Below, piece by piece: positions 12,103 through 25,595 of a stretch of DNA of 64,000 nucleotides (its first letter is position 1; each line of letters starts with the position of its first letter). A model generated the notes under the pieces. The model was not told the origin of the DNA, did no database searches, and saw only the letters and a list, made by a program, of their open reading frames with translations. The stretch lies in assembly GCF_009914755.1 (NCBI RefSeq), contig NC_060934.1; one strand, 5' to 3'. The DNA is from the human T2T-CHM13v2.0 reference genome, Homo sapiens. Both the position numbers and the translations under genes were made by a program.

Positions 12103-15100
12103 TCTCTGAGCATGTTTTCTATTTCAATTATATTAAATTTTGAGACATATAAGTCAGTGATCATTTATGATTATTGAATGTCCTGTGATTTCATAAGTAA
12201 ATCTTTAAAATTTTAGCTTTACTCAAAATAATCCAAGACCATTTACTATGACTTAAATTATTCATAAAGCAAGGTGATTATTACTCTTGAGACCATTGTA
12301 CAAAGCCCTGAAGTGTGTTACACATAGGCCAGAAACCTTTCTCCTTTGTTATATCTTATGAGTCTGTTAGGTTAAAAAAAAAATTATCCTTTTTTTGCTA
12401 TTTCTGTTCTCAATACTTGAAAAATAGAATTTTGTGTGCCTCAATCTAAAAGGAGAATCATCGAGAGAATCTCATTCTGTACTGCATAAGCTACGAAAGA
12501 CTTCAAAATTCCAGAGGAAAACAGACAAAAACTCTTTGCTTATTAATGTACACACCTCCATTTTCCTAAAGTTGCATAACTAGCCGAATTAGGAAAATGC
12601 TGTAAACATTGCATCACTGTTGACATTGAACATTGCATAGCTAGAAAGAAAGGCATATATGTAATTTTTTTCGTTTACTATTTCAATAGTCTGAGTCTCA
12701 GTGGCAAATGAAAATACAATTGAATCTCAAGTGAATGGCCAGAAACACCGTATATTTTATGAAATATGGCAGCATAATGAATAGGAGGTAAAAAAAAAAA
12801 ATGTCCTGGCTTTCAAGTCCTGATGGTTGTGATGTGATTGAATCATAGTGCATTCTGTTTGATGTCTCGGCTTTGCTATTCAGATGCACTGCAAAGTATG
12901 TGCATCACCCTCTCTGCAAAGTGCACCTGGCAACCCAGCACGGATGTAGTTTGTTTTCATTGCATCTGCAAGAAACATATATATTAGAGTAGAATTTAAG
13001 TAGGAGTATTTTAATTCTTCTAATTGTGATAGTTTCCCCACACAGAGAAAACTATCAATCAGGTACAAAAGAAACTGCTTAGGATTTGAAGGAATTTGAC
13101 AATTTTGTTGTAGTTCCTAGCCTGGCAGGTGGTAATAATGCCTATGCCAGCACTGTCAAAATATGAAAATTAAAGTGACGATGGGTTTTAATGAAATCCA
13201 TTTGACAAATATAATTAAGGTGTTTTAATATGAAGTCCTGTAATAAAGACTACCGGTGGACTCCCTGAGGTCCTGACTAATTGTGTAGATTGCTTTTAAG
13301 CTTTGAATAGTTTTATTGGATAATGAACTGTTAAGAAGTGTTAGATCTTTCTTAAGCAGAATTTGGTTTGAAAAAGAAGAGGAGAGACAGGCCTGAGGTG
13401 TGGCATTTTAAACATAATTAGAGGAGAGATTTAAGTTAACATCTTTGATCTTGCTGTCAGTTTTTGATTAGAGCTGTAAATGCTTTAATCAAGTGTAGTG
13501 TAGTCATTACATTTCTAACTGTTTTTTAAACTGCGAAATTACTGAGACATTGACATCAATTTTAACACATTCTGAAAATGTACAGCAGAATTGGGCTTCT
13601 CTACCTAGCGTTTGTATGAGAATATCAGATTATACTGATTTACCAACCTTAAGCAGAATGGCAAAATGACATTATGGTAAGGAATAGTTTAGTTTCAATC
13701 ATAGTTAGACATAGTAACAAAATAGTACAATTATTTGATATTTATTGTGCTTTCTAGGAATGTGTTTGTAAGTTGAAAGCACTCATATGAACCTGTTCTA
13801 TTAAAACGTATAGATGAGGAAGGAAGTAACCTCAAAGTTTTCTATCAAGTAGATTTTATAATGTTAACTGGTTTTAACATTCGTTTTTCAAAGAGCCATT
13901 GTAGCTCACTATAGTCATCCAATGTCATATTTGGTTTTGTATTCCCCTGCCTAGCGCATAGCAAGTACTCAGTGTGTGTTTGTGGAATTAATGTGGAATC
14001 TATTTATGATAGCTCAATATGTACCCAGCTTAAATTTTCCCCCAGAATTCAATAAGATCATAAGTGAAATGTAAGGAAAAGTACACTCCTCTTCCCCTTT
14101 GCCACCTATCTTAACCCAGTTACTCATTATGGGGTGTAAATGGGTATATATTTGGTATTTCTCACTAGTTTCAGGAAGCATCACTAAAATGATGAGTTAG
14201 ACCAGTGCTGTGCAGGATTCTTCTTGGGGGAGAGCAGCTTCCCTAGCATGTCACCCATGATTGCAGAAGTGCTAGGGCTATATAAAGGAGCCATGCCCCA
14301 GGGCCATTCATTGAAGAAGGCGTCCACACTAATTACATGGTCTTGAACTTCCTGCTTGTGTATTTTGCGTTACGTAAGATATGAAATGAGGAGTGAAGAA
14401 GCCTAGGTTCTAATCCAAGCTCTGCTTGATATGCCATTTAGAAAAATCACTTCTCTCAGATGATCTAATCCAACTCCTGAGTGGAATAAATAACTTCTAA
14501 AACGCTCCTGATTCTAGAATTCTACTGATAAGTGTATATCTAGTGTTCTCTCTATAATAGTTTCTTTACCAACTTTACCCCTTTGCCTTTCTTGCTTTTA
14601 ATGTTCTCCCCTTTTTACTTTTTTTGGTGCATTTCTACTTATTTCACTTGATCATTTATTTATTTATCCATCTATCCATCCATCCTAGAAGCATGTATTG
14701 TATGCCAGGCATTATATGGAAAAGAAAGAACACCAATATACTGTGTTTTTTTTTTTTTTTTGGTTACCTGATGCCAATGTAGTGCCAGGGATGGGGAGTG
14801 GGTAGACAGAATAGAATGCTATCTTCTTATCATCCATTTTTATTTATGTGCCATAGGGTGATAGATATATGTTTATAAGTAGAAGGAACTGGACTAGATG
14901 CCTTTCAACATTTTTTACCTACAAATTTTGCTAGAAATACAACCTATCTTGTAGGTTATCCAACTACCTATCCTATTGTTTTAAATATTTATCATATACC
15001 ATTAGTTTCAGGTCAATATTATGTGCATTCTGAAAAAAACCAAAACAAAAACTTGGAAGTTAAAAAAATAAAATAAAACTAGGAAGCATTGTTTCCATAG

Positions 15101-15332
15101 GTTCTTACCTTTGTCTTCTAAGATTTGAAAAGAAATGTGAGGCACCCAGTAGATTATTAGACACAGGTTGTCAGTAACACTCAGATTATTATATCCAAAG
15201 ATATCCACATCATTATGGGGCAGATGAGTATGAGTGTAGGAGCAAGAAGCCCAGGGTGGACATCAGGAAATGTGAATTGTGGGTGACCTGCAAGGGTGAT
15301 GAGCAAATCTGTGAAGAGTACCATGTTCTTTT

Positions 15333-15612
15333 TTTTTTTTTTAAGATGGGAGTTTTGCTCTTCTTGCCCAAGCTGCAATCTTGGCTGACTGCAACCTCTG
15401 CCTCCCAGGTTCAAGCAATTCCTGTCTCAGCCTCCCGAGTAGCTGGGATTACAGGAGTGTGCCACCACGTCCAGCTAATTTTTTTGTATTTTTAGTAGAA
15501 ACGGGGTTTCACCATGTTAGCCAGGCTGATCTCGAACTCGTGACCTCAGGTGATCCACCCGCCTCAGCCTCCCAAAGTGCTGGAATTACAGGTGTGAGCC
15601 ACCGCGCCCGGC
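15333..15612 (-). mobile_element. AluSq/Sp-like
   Basis: Antisense dimer with a short right-arm deletion; TSD TACCATGTTCTTTT. Confidence 0.95.
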
Positions 15613-16559
15613 TACCATGTTCTTTTGTTAGTTGATACAACACCTTTGGCACATTCCTCAGTTTAGCACTTGTGCAATGTGCTGTACTTTATCCTGATGG
15701 TGGTTCCATTCATATCATTCTACTCCATCTAAGTGTAAGCTGCTAGATGTTGGGACCATGTTTTATTTTTATTTCTTTGCATGCCTGTTATGTAATTGAC
15801 TCTCCGTAATATTTATTGGCTTGAATTATAATCCTACCTCTGACCTAAAATTTGCCCCCACAGGCAAGTTGTTTAACCTTTCTGGAAGAGTTCATTTTCA
15901 TCAGGATTTCCAAGAAAAAAATGAGTGGAGAGCCCATGGGATAAATGAAAGTTACTTTAAAACTTTTTCTTTACTTCCATGGGCATGTGTAAACGGCTTA
16001 ACTCTCTAGCCCACCCCACTCTGTCCTTATCCAAATTACATAAATATTTTCTAATGGGACCATGACGGTTTTCACTTTTGGAATAGCTGTTTAGCGCTTT
16101 GAGATTGTGATGAAAGACCTGTAGAGTGGGGAAGATTGTTCAGGTGCAATCTCTTCTGAATCCATAGATATAATCAGAGTCAGGCTCTGCTTATAAAATC
16201 ATCAACACACTATTTCCCACTGTACTAGGTGTTCTTTTGAAGTCTCTCATACTAGGTTCTGACCTCATTTCTCAAGATGTATCCACATTTTCTAAATGGA
16301 AAATTTTGGCAAATAGAAGACAGCCCCAACATGCAAAATGTTTTTGAATGTTGCTTTCCGTTTAACACATAAGGACATCAATAAAGTCAACTATGATATG
16401 TGTGGACTATATTGTGTTAACTGGTGTTTCATTAAAGTTGTCAAGACTAAAAGTATGTTTTTCCGTAGTTTATGTATAGATTTGTTTATTATCAGTATAG
16501 AAAGGATTCCACATAGAAATTTTTTGTAAAATAATTATACTTTGTCTCTGCATTTTTTA

Positions 16560-16948
<389 letters not shown>

Positions 16949-18415
16949 TAGCTTTTTATGAAAAAGCTAAAAAGATTTTTCTCCTCTGTTGGACTCAGGG
17001 CTTAAGAGTAAAAATTTAAGAAGTCAGAAATCAGCTTAAACCTATCCATTCTCCTTCCATTTTGTTCTCTCTCTTGCTGTCACTAAGGAAAGTTAATGGT
17101 TTGTGCTGAAGTTTACCTCCATGAAACTAGAGAATGTTTGAAACTTGTCAGAAGATGCTATTTGTGATATTCAGTGGCAATCCTAGCCCATAGCATGCTT
17201 CTTTGTTACTGATGGCATCATTGTCAGATTTCTGAGAACAGTTCTGGTACCAAGCTCAGTGCACCAGACTCTAAAATGAGCATCAACCATGATAAATTAA
17301 TTAAATCATCTTTAGGGTTAACCAACAATGAAGTTCATGAGAATATTATACATAGTTCAAAAAGAGGTTCATTTTTCCTATGGTACTAGAGAACCAAGAA
17401 TAATTTTCAATTTATTCTGCCTTATTCTGTCTTACTCTGTAAAGATTTGTTGTTGTTATTCTTTTGGTAGGAGGCTTAGACATTCTTTCTACTCAGCAGT
17501 CTTTTTAAAATTTTTATTATTACCCTTTCAGTATTTTGAGCCTCTAACTTTGTAATACAGTTTTCAAAATACAGCATTTTGCTTTCAGACAGAAGTTTCA
17601 TAGGAGATAAAAATTCCTAAATAGATTACCTGATCAACAATTTCTCAGCTTGAGTAAAATGTGTAGTGGGTTTGAGTTTGTCAGTGGGTAAAATATATAT
17701 CTATTAAATAATTTCTTTACTCATCTATTAAGAGGTTTCTGGCTTTACCTGCTGTGTATTAACAAATATTTTATTTTTATTTAGATATTTGGGGTATTTT
17801 TTTTAAGGTTTCAGTCACTTTTCCTGTACCTGAAGTGGAGAATGGGATTTGCCAGTGATAAATGGGGAAGTTGACTAGCTAACTAATAAAGATTTGTCTT
17901 AATCAAGTATGATTTGTCAGAACAGGAGTGCACTGGGGTCAGGGCACGCACAATGAATTATACAGCATTCACAGGAGGGAAGGACCCGGCAAGAGACCTC
18001 ATAAATATGCTGCCATTACCCACTGCTAATTCGTATTCAAAGAGTGCTCTGCACAGCCGGTTTCTAGGTTGCTGAGCTGTTCACCAGTTTCCTGAGCTTT
18101 CTGTTTATGTGAAAAAAGAAGTTTTTATTTTGTTTTGGTATCATCTGGATTCTCAAGGTGTATCAGTCTTAAAAACTGAATTGGTACCAATAATTTGAAG
18201 TGTGGCTTATCATATTACATCACAAATAATATCAATCTAGTGCCTACTATGGGCTCATGCATCATGCTGGACACAGTGTGGAGGAATCAGATATATAAGG
18301 CACAGTTTCTGCTAGAAGAGTTTTCTGATGCTTTCTTATGATTCTCTTCAAGTATTGTCTCTGTAAATTCAAGTATGGCTACAAGAGGAAAACCCATCTG
18401 CCTTTTTGTTAAATA

Positions 18416-19599
18416 TAGTCATGCATTCCTTAATGATGGGGATGCATTCCGAGAAATGCATCCTTAGGCATTTCATCATTGTGCAAATACCATGGAGAGT
18501 ACTTACACAAATCTAGATGGCAGAGGATCCAGCACACCTAATGTAATGGTCTAGCTTATTGCTCCTAGGCTGCAAACCTGTATAGTATGTTACTGTACTG
18601 AATACTATAGGCAATTGTAATACTATGGTAAGGACTTGTATATTTAAACAGTAAAAATATGATATAAGAGATAAAAAATGATCCACCTGGACGGGACACT
18701 CACCATGAATATGAATAGAGGTTAAAGGACCAGAAGTTGCTCTGGGTGAGTCAATGAGTGAGATTGTAAAGGGCGAGGATATCAGTGTACACTACTGTAG
18801 ACTATATAAACACTGGACACTTTGACTACACTAAATTTATTTTTAAAATGTTTTTCTTTCTTCAACAATCAGTTAACCTTTGCTTGCTGTAACTGTTTTA
18901 CTTTATAAGATTTTTAATTGTTTGATTCTTTCGTAATAACGCTTAGCTTAAAACACATTGTACAGCTGTACAAAAATATTTTCTTTCTTCATATCCTCAT
19001 TCTATGAACTTCTATTTTTAATTTTTTTTCCTTTTGTTCTTTTTAAACTTTTTTTGTTAAAAACTAAGACACAAACACATACATTAACCTAAGCCTACAC
19101 ATGGTCAGGATCATCAGTATCACTGTCTTCTACCCGCACAACTTGTCCCACTGGAAGATCTGCAGGGCCAATAACATGCATGGAGCTGTCATCTCCTATG
19201 ATAACAATGCCTTCTTCTGGAATACCTCCTGAAGGACCTGCCTGAGGCTGTTCTACTCTTCACATTTTTTTTTTAAATAAGTGGAAGGAGTACACTCAAA
19301 AATAATGATAAAAGCTATAGTATAGTAAATTCAAAAACCAATAACATAGTTGTTTATTGTTATCCAGCATTATGTACTGTGCATAATTGTATATGCTATA
19401 CTTTTGTATGACTCGCAGTGCAGTAAGTTTGTTTACACCAGCATCACCACAAACACACGAGTAATGCATTGTGCTACGATGTTCGACAGCTACCATGTCA
19501 CTAGGGATAGGAATTTTCAGCGCTATTATAATCTTTTGGGGCCACTGTCCTATACGTAGTCCCTCGTTGACCAAAACATTGTTATGCAATGCATGACTG
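18416..19599 (+). mobile_element. Tigger3 (Tigger3b-size) TcMar DNA transposon with both ends
   Basis: Terminal inverted repeats (t)AGTCATGCATT...AATGCATGACTG flanked by TA on both sides (18414-15, 19600-01); about 1.18 kb; internal ttgctcctaggctgcaaacctgta motif; no transposase ORF. Confidence 0.88.
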
Positions 19600-20120
19600 T
19601 ATGTCCTCTCAGTGAAGAATTTTCAAATTAAAAGTACTGTTACTATTTCCTGCAGTTTGACATACATTAAATACATAGAAGATATTTTCTCATGTTTCTG
19701 CTAAGCTTGACTTTCTAACCTATGATTCATACTATTCTCATCTGTTTATATGACTGATTGCTTTGATAAGTTACATAAGTTATTTTTCACAGTCTTTATT
19801 TTATAAATTACTTCTTTGATTTGAAGAGGTTATTGTTTCTTCTCTTCCTGTTGAGCAATTATAAGTAATGCTGTGTGGCTTAACCAACATTTAAGGCCAC
19901 CTAATCTGTTATATCCAGCTACTGTTGGGATGATGTCCTTCTTGGCCCTAGAAAGTCAGCAAGGGGAGCATTCCTGTCTTCAGCACTTCCTTCATGCTTA
20001 AGTGACCTATTAGATGGTTTTTACATGATATTTTAAATATGACAAAATAGTTTATAATATCTCAATGTCTTAATTGGTAGAAAAATATTGCCATCATCTC
20101 TCTTAGTGGAATAGCCCCTC

Positions 20121-20412
<292 letters not shown>

Positions 20413-21242
20413 TGGAATAGCCCTTCTAGTAGTTGATGATCCCAGTCTTTTTTAGCTGAAACTGATGTCCACATTAAAATAACAATAATAGTAATAATAA
20501 TTATTTTTTAGAACTGTGAGTATACACTTTCGGTGTGTCAGGGAGGAAATGAATGGACTTTGAATACCAGGTTACCTTCTTACTTCTAAGGATAGTTCCT
20601 CCAGGAAATAAAAGGTTGAAATAGAGAGATGGGAAAGTCCACTTCATCCAAGTCTGTTTTATCAAAGGAAAAGTTTTAGCCAAAAGGCTACTACTTGGTA
20701 TATTTCTGCAAACTTCCGCAGAACGTTAGCCTCAGCCAGAAATAGAAAGGAGCACAGTCCTCTGATTGATCTCTTACCACTTAGAAATTGTCATGACTCC
20801 TAACAGGATGTTTAGAGTTGAGTGTGGTAGAATATTTGGAATTCTATAGTGATGGAGATTTCTTTCCTTCAGGTGAAAAAAGAAAAAAACAGGCAAACAA
20901 AAAACAACTCTTTGAATCAAAGACAATGTAAAGGGATGGAAGTATGGTTGCAGCAGTGCTTAGTTAGAACAATGTCTAAACTTTAGCGTAGACAAGCCCT
21001 GAGTGAAATCAAAGCCTCCCACTGCCATAACACCATGAAGATTTTCACAAGGGGACGCAGATAAATGGATGGTGAAAACAGACTAGAGCGGTACACTTCA
21101 GTCCTCAGAAATGAGTGTCCTTCACATTGGCTGTCACCGACTGTCTCAGTGAGTATGCAGTTGCTGTGTGTCTCACAAAAAACAAAATGCACAAAATCCT
21201 GGAAAGGGAATTGAGGACTCTGAGGGCAGAACAAAGAGTTAG

Positions 21243-21556
21243 AGCCAGTTGCAGGGGCTCACGCCTGTAATCCCAGCCCTTTGGGAGGCCGAGGCAGAAA
21301 GGTTGCTTGAGCCCAGGAGTTTGAGACCAGCCTGGGCAACATGACAAAACCCCATCTCTACAAAACATTGTTTTAAAAAAAGTAGCCAGACATGGTGGCA
21401 TTCACTTGTGGTCCCAGCTACTGAGGAGGCTGAGGTGGGATGATCACTTGGGCCCAAGAGGTCAAGGCTGCAGTGAGCCGTGTTCATGCCAGTGCACTCT
21501 AGCCTGGGCAACAGAGTGAGACCTTGTCTCAAAAAAAAAAAAAAAAAAAAAAAAAA
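21243..21556 (+). mobile_element. AluJ-like
   Basis: gcttgagcccaggagtttgagaccagcctgggcaac and ggtcaaggctgcagtgagc J diagnostics; long A-tail. Confidence 0.95.
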
Positions 21557-21557
21557 T

Positions 21558-21606
21558 GGAAAGAAGGAAGGAAGGGAGGAAGGGAAAGGAAGGAAAGTAA
21601 GGAGAA
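21558..21606. repeat. GA-rich (GGAA)-like low-complexity tract
   Basis: Purine tract continuing from the Alu tail. Confidence 0.85.
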
Positions 21607-21693
21607 ATATAGGCCCACTGGGCCTAGGAGGCAGACCATGATGTGTCTGTTGGGCCCTAAAAGACTCACCTTGCTTTTCTTTCGTTGAAGTAG

Positions 21694-22101
21694 TGTTACT
21701 GGTGGAGGGTGTCCAGGTTCTTGGCATCTTGAACAAAGAATTGGACAAAATGCATACACAAAACAAGGAAAGATTTAGGCAACAAAAGCAGAGATTTGTT
21801 GAAAATGAAAGTACACTCCACAGGTTGGGGGCGACCTGAGCATAGGGGCTCAAGAGCCCCATTACAGAATTTTCTGGGGTTTAAATACCCTCTAGAGGTT
21901 TCCATTTGTTACTTGGTGTACGCCCTCTGTAAATGAAGAGGATGAAGTCATGTTACGAAGTCATTTACTCAGTGTACACCCTATGTAAATGGAGAGGATA
22001 TTTTCTGTCCTAGCTGAAGTGTTTCCATTTGATTTGGTTCTAGGAAGTCAGCGAGAATCAGCCTTATGTTCCCTGCCTCCAGACCCTATTCTCCTGCCTC
22101 A
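21694..22101 (-). mobile_element. Complete ERV1 solo LTR, MER51-like
   Basis: Minus strand reads TGAGGCAGGAGAATAGGGTCTGGAGGCAGGGAAC...CCTCCACCAGTAACA (TG...CA, 408 bp), with TATA-like TATTTAAA and an internal repeat of about 27 bp. Confidence 0.82.
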
Positions 22102-22277
22102 TTAAGAGGGAATTTTTTTCATTTTGCTTTGTATTCCTGTCCTTTTATTTGATTGATGACATCCAAAGAGTCATATAATGTCTAGCTTCCTTCTTTGGTG
22201 TGTGTTTGTGCGAAGTATAGGTCCAAATTGCGCAACCAGAATGCCCATGACGTCGGCCACCTGTGTGCTGGGGAAGG

Positions 22278-22510
22278 CACAGTGCACAACAGTGGCCATG
22301 TAATCAGCTTAGGGATCAATCTGGCCTGGGTCTTGAATACTGGCCAACCTTGGGCAAATTACTTAACTTCTCTGAGCCTCAGATTCCTTGTCTTGAAATG
22401 GGATTAATAATAATCGACTTCATGTGGTGGTTGTGAAGATTAAATACGGTATCCATTAAGTGCTTAGCACAGTGGCTAGTATAAAATGAAGCAGTCAATA
22501 AATAGTAGCC
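22278..22510 (+). mobile_element. MIR (MIRb-like), near full length
   Basis: accttgggcaaattacttaacttctctgagcctcag core; aagtgcttagcacagtg...caataaatagtagc tail. Confidence 0.85.
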
Positions 22511-23300
22511 CAAAATAAAAACCTTTCCCTGGAGGGGAGCATTCATTGCAGTATTTTATACACAGCCTGTAAGCAATAAACTTTTGTTGGATATATACTG
22601 AATGTATGCAGTCATTTTTTTGTCCCCCAGGGTTTCAACCTACGTGCTTGTTTCCCCCCCAAAATAAGTCCCATCCCAACTTGTTAATACTCTTAGGTGG
22701 AAGTTTGGTAAAAGACTCAGTTTTAGTGGTTCCCTAGTAAAGTCTATTCAGATATAATTAAAAATTCTTCTTACAATTATGCTAATAAGTTCAATATACA
22801 GCCTGGCTGATGAAGTCTAATAAATTCCCTATTGTACTTAGAAACAATGGTAGCTTTGTTGTATTCTGTATTTTAGAAACTCCCGATGTCATAGTGCTTG
22901 CTAAGAAAAGCAAACAATAATAAACTTTTTTGTTGTTAGGAGTTTTACTAAAAGAAGTCTGTAAGTGCGTATTTGGTTATGTACTCTCCTTCTAGGGTCA
23001 CGCTAATACTTCAGTTTATAAAATGAATAATTTTTTAGTGTGCTTCATCTGACATTGACCAGCAGTTGCCATCTAATAAGCAAGATTATCAAAATCCACA
23101 TTTACTTAGCCTTTTCTTTAATGTCATAAGGATAGCATAAATATTAGGAAACCTTATCTCCTTTTATTTTTTTACAGGACAATAATTTGAGCTCAGTTTA
23201 GATCTTTTACCACGCATACATCTCAAATTTAGAAATAATATTAAGATCGTATCACCTTAAAACTCTTTCAGAATATGCCCCACAGTCATCCATTCTTTTT

Positions 23301-23597
<297 letters not shown>

Positions 23598-23789
23598 CCA
23601 TTCTTTTTATACTTTTCTCCATTTGTTCACTAGTTCCCTTGTCTTGAGTTTTGTTAGTTTCCACCTCTCAAAATGTCACTGTCTAAAAATGCAAGTGTCT
23701 TCTACATTAAAGTTTTTGTCTGCCTCATGATATAGCATAAATTCTCCCACTTCCTCTGTAGATTGCTCTGGCTTACACGTGTGTGTGAA

Positions 23790-24022
23790 TAAAACTTTAT
23801 TTACAAAAACAGGCCACAGGCTGGATTTGGCTAAACTGCCCTAGATTGCCACCCCTTACAGTAAAACAGTGGTTCTCAAAACATAGTCTTAGGGAACCAG
23901 CATCACCAGCAGCATCTGGATACTTGATAGAAATGCAACTTCTTGTCCCTCCACCCCCCATACACACCCGTACTGAATTAGAAATTGTGGATTCACGGCC
24001 CAGCAATCTGTGTTTTAACAAT
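23790..24022. mobile_element. MER58 fragment followed by MER5A-like hAT element
   Basis: tttatttacaaaaacagg...ggctggatttggc; then cagtggttctcaaa...tagaaatgcaa...ggcccagcaatctgtgttttaacaa. Confidence 0.75.
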
Positions 24023-25204
24023 CTGGCCCTTTCATTTATCAATTGATTTATTCATTATCCACTTCCACAGAAAAGATTTGAAGTATCTTACTATAGATGA
24101 TCAAGTAGGTATATCAAGAGCAGAAAAAATTAACCCAGAACAAAGGATAGAAACCAAGGAGTAAAGAGAAGGTGTGTGTATATGTGGTGGGGTGGGGCAG
24201 GGGTAGCAGGGCTCCATGAAGACCTAGAGAAATGCTTTAACAATCAAGGATTAAACTCACCCAGGGCTTCCTAGGATTCAGACCAAACAAACATGTTGGA
24301 TTGCATAGCTTGCCTCAATTACTAGTACAAAATGAATTCTGCCTTGTACTGTCAAAAAAAAAAAAGTGTTTTTTATTAGGAAGGGGAGGAAGTGTGTTGG
24401 TGGTCTTTGAATAAGACAAGCTAAGAAACGTGATGAATCCTATTCTTGAAATCAGCCTGACTACAACTGTATAGATGTATTCCTTGTTTCATAATTTAAG
24501 TAAATCTTATGAGTACCAAAGGCCCAGAGCTAAAGGGGTAAAGATCTGTCCCAGGGCCAGGTATTTTGGACTACAGAATGTTGAAGAATGAAGGCCAGTG
24601 GCCCATAAGAAGGAGTTTGACATGACTGACAGACATTTTTTAAAGTGTGCCTATCTGTGCCCCATATCTAGGCAATTAGTCAGCCTACAATAAGGGCTAC
24701 ACAACAGTGTTTATTAAAAGCTTCCTAGATGATTCTAGTGCACACTAGCAAATGAGAATCTTTGCCAGAGTCTGTGACCTTCAAATTTCAGTCCTCTCAC
24801 TCAGGCCTTTAAAGCAAATACATGCAGAAAATCTGAGAATGAGAGCACTAGCTGGAAGCTGAAAAGTGAAGAACTCAAAAAATTACCATTTGTCAAGTTT
24901 CTGTTGTCAATTGAGAAAAGGTCCCGGTGCCATAGGTCCAGGATAGCAAGTGGGTCTTATCCCCTGTGCCAACCCGAGTTGACTGCCTGGGGTGTTTCGA
25001 GGAGAGGGTTTGTTGCAAGGTGTGTTCAGGGCACTGTGATTGATTGACAATACCTGCCAGCTGTTTGGTGTTTAGGAGCTGTGGCATGTATGGCATGTGT
25101 TTGTTGACCTTATTCTCAGGGTTAGATAAATGAATAGAAGAAATAACATTTTGTTGAAAAATTCAATAAACTGACTTATCTCTTTGAATTTTTCTTCCCA
25201 AACC

Positions 25205-25484
25205 TTTTTTTTTTTTTTTTTTTAAACAGGGTCTTTCTCTGTCACCCAGGCTGGCCTAGAACCCTTGGGCTCAAGCAATCCTCTGGCCTCAGCCTTCTGA
25301 GTAACTGGGAATACAGGAGCATACCACACCCAGATAATTTTTTTTTTTTTTTTTTTTTTTGAGACAGGGTTTCCCTGCATTGCATTGCCCAGGCTCATCT
25401 CAAACTCCTGGGCTCAAGTGATCCTTGATCTGCCTCGGCCTCCCAAAGTGCTGAGATTATAGGCATGAGCCACCACACCCAGCC
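25205..25484 (-). mobile_element. Atypical Alu: two left-arm (FLAM-like) monomers in tandem
   Basis: Both units read ccaggct...ctgggctcaag without the right-arm insert; each has its own T-run. Confidence 0.8.
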
Positions 25485-25595
25485 TACAAACTTTATTTCT
25501 TGAATTTTAAGCCACCTTTATGTCAGTCTTCTCACTTTCTCAATTTTCCCTTCTCATGATTTCCTGCGGGATATTTCTTAAAACTTGATCATCCT

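Noticed and set aside
18416-19599. Tigger3 as an active or domesticated transposase
   Set aside because: Non-autonomous size and no long ORF.
21239-21862. Longest supplied ORF (207 aa, minus strand)
   Set aside because: Stitched from LTR, poly-T (FFFF run) and antisense AluJ sequence; typical Alu pseudo-translation.
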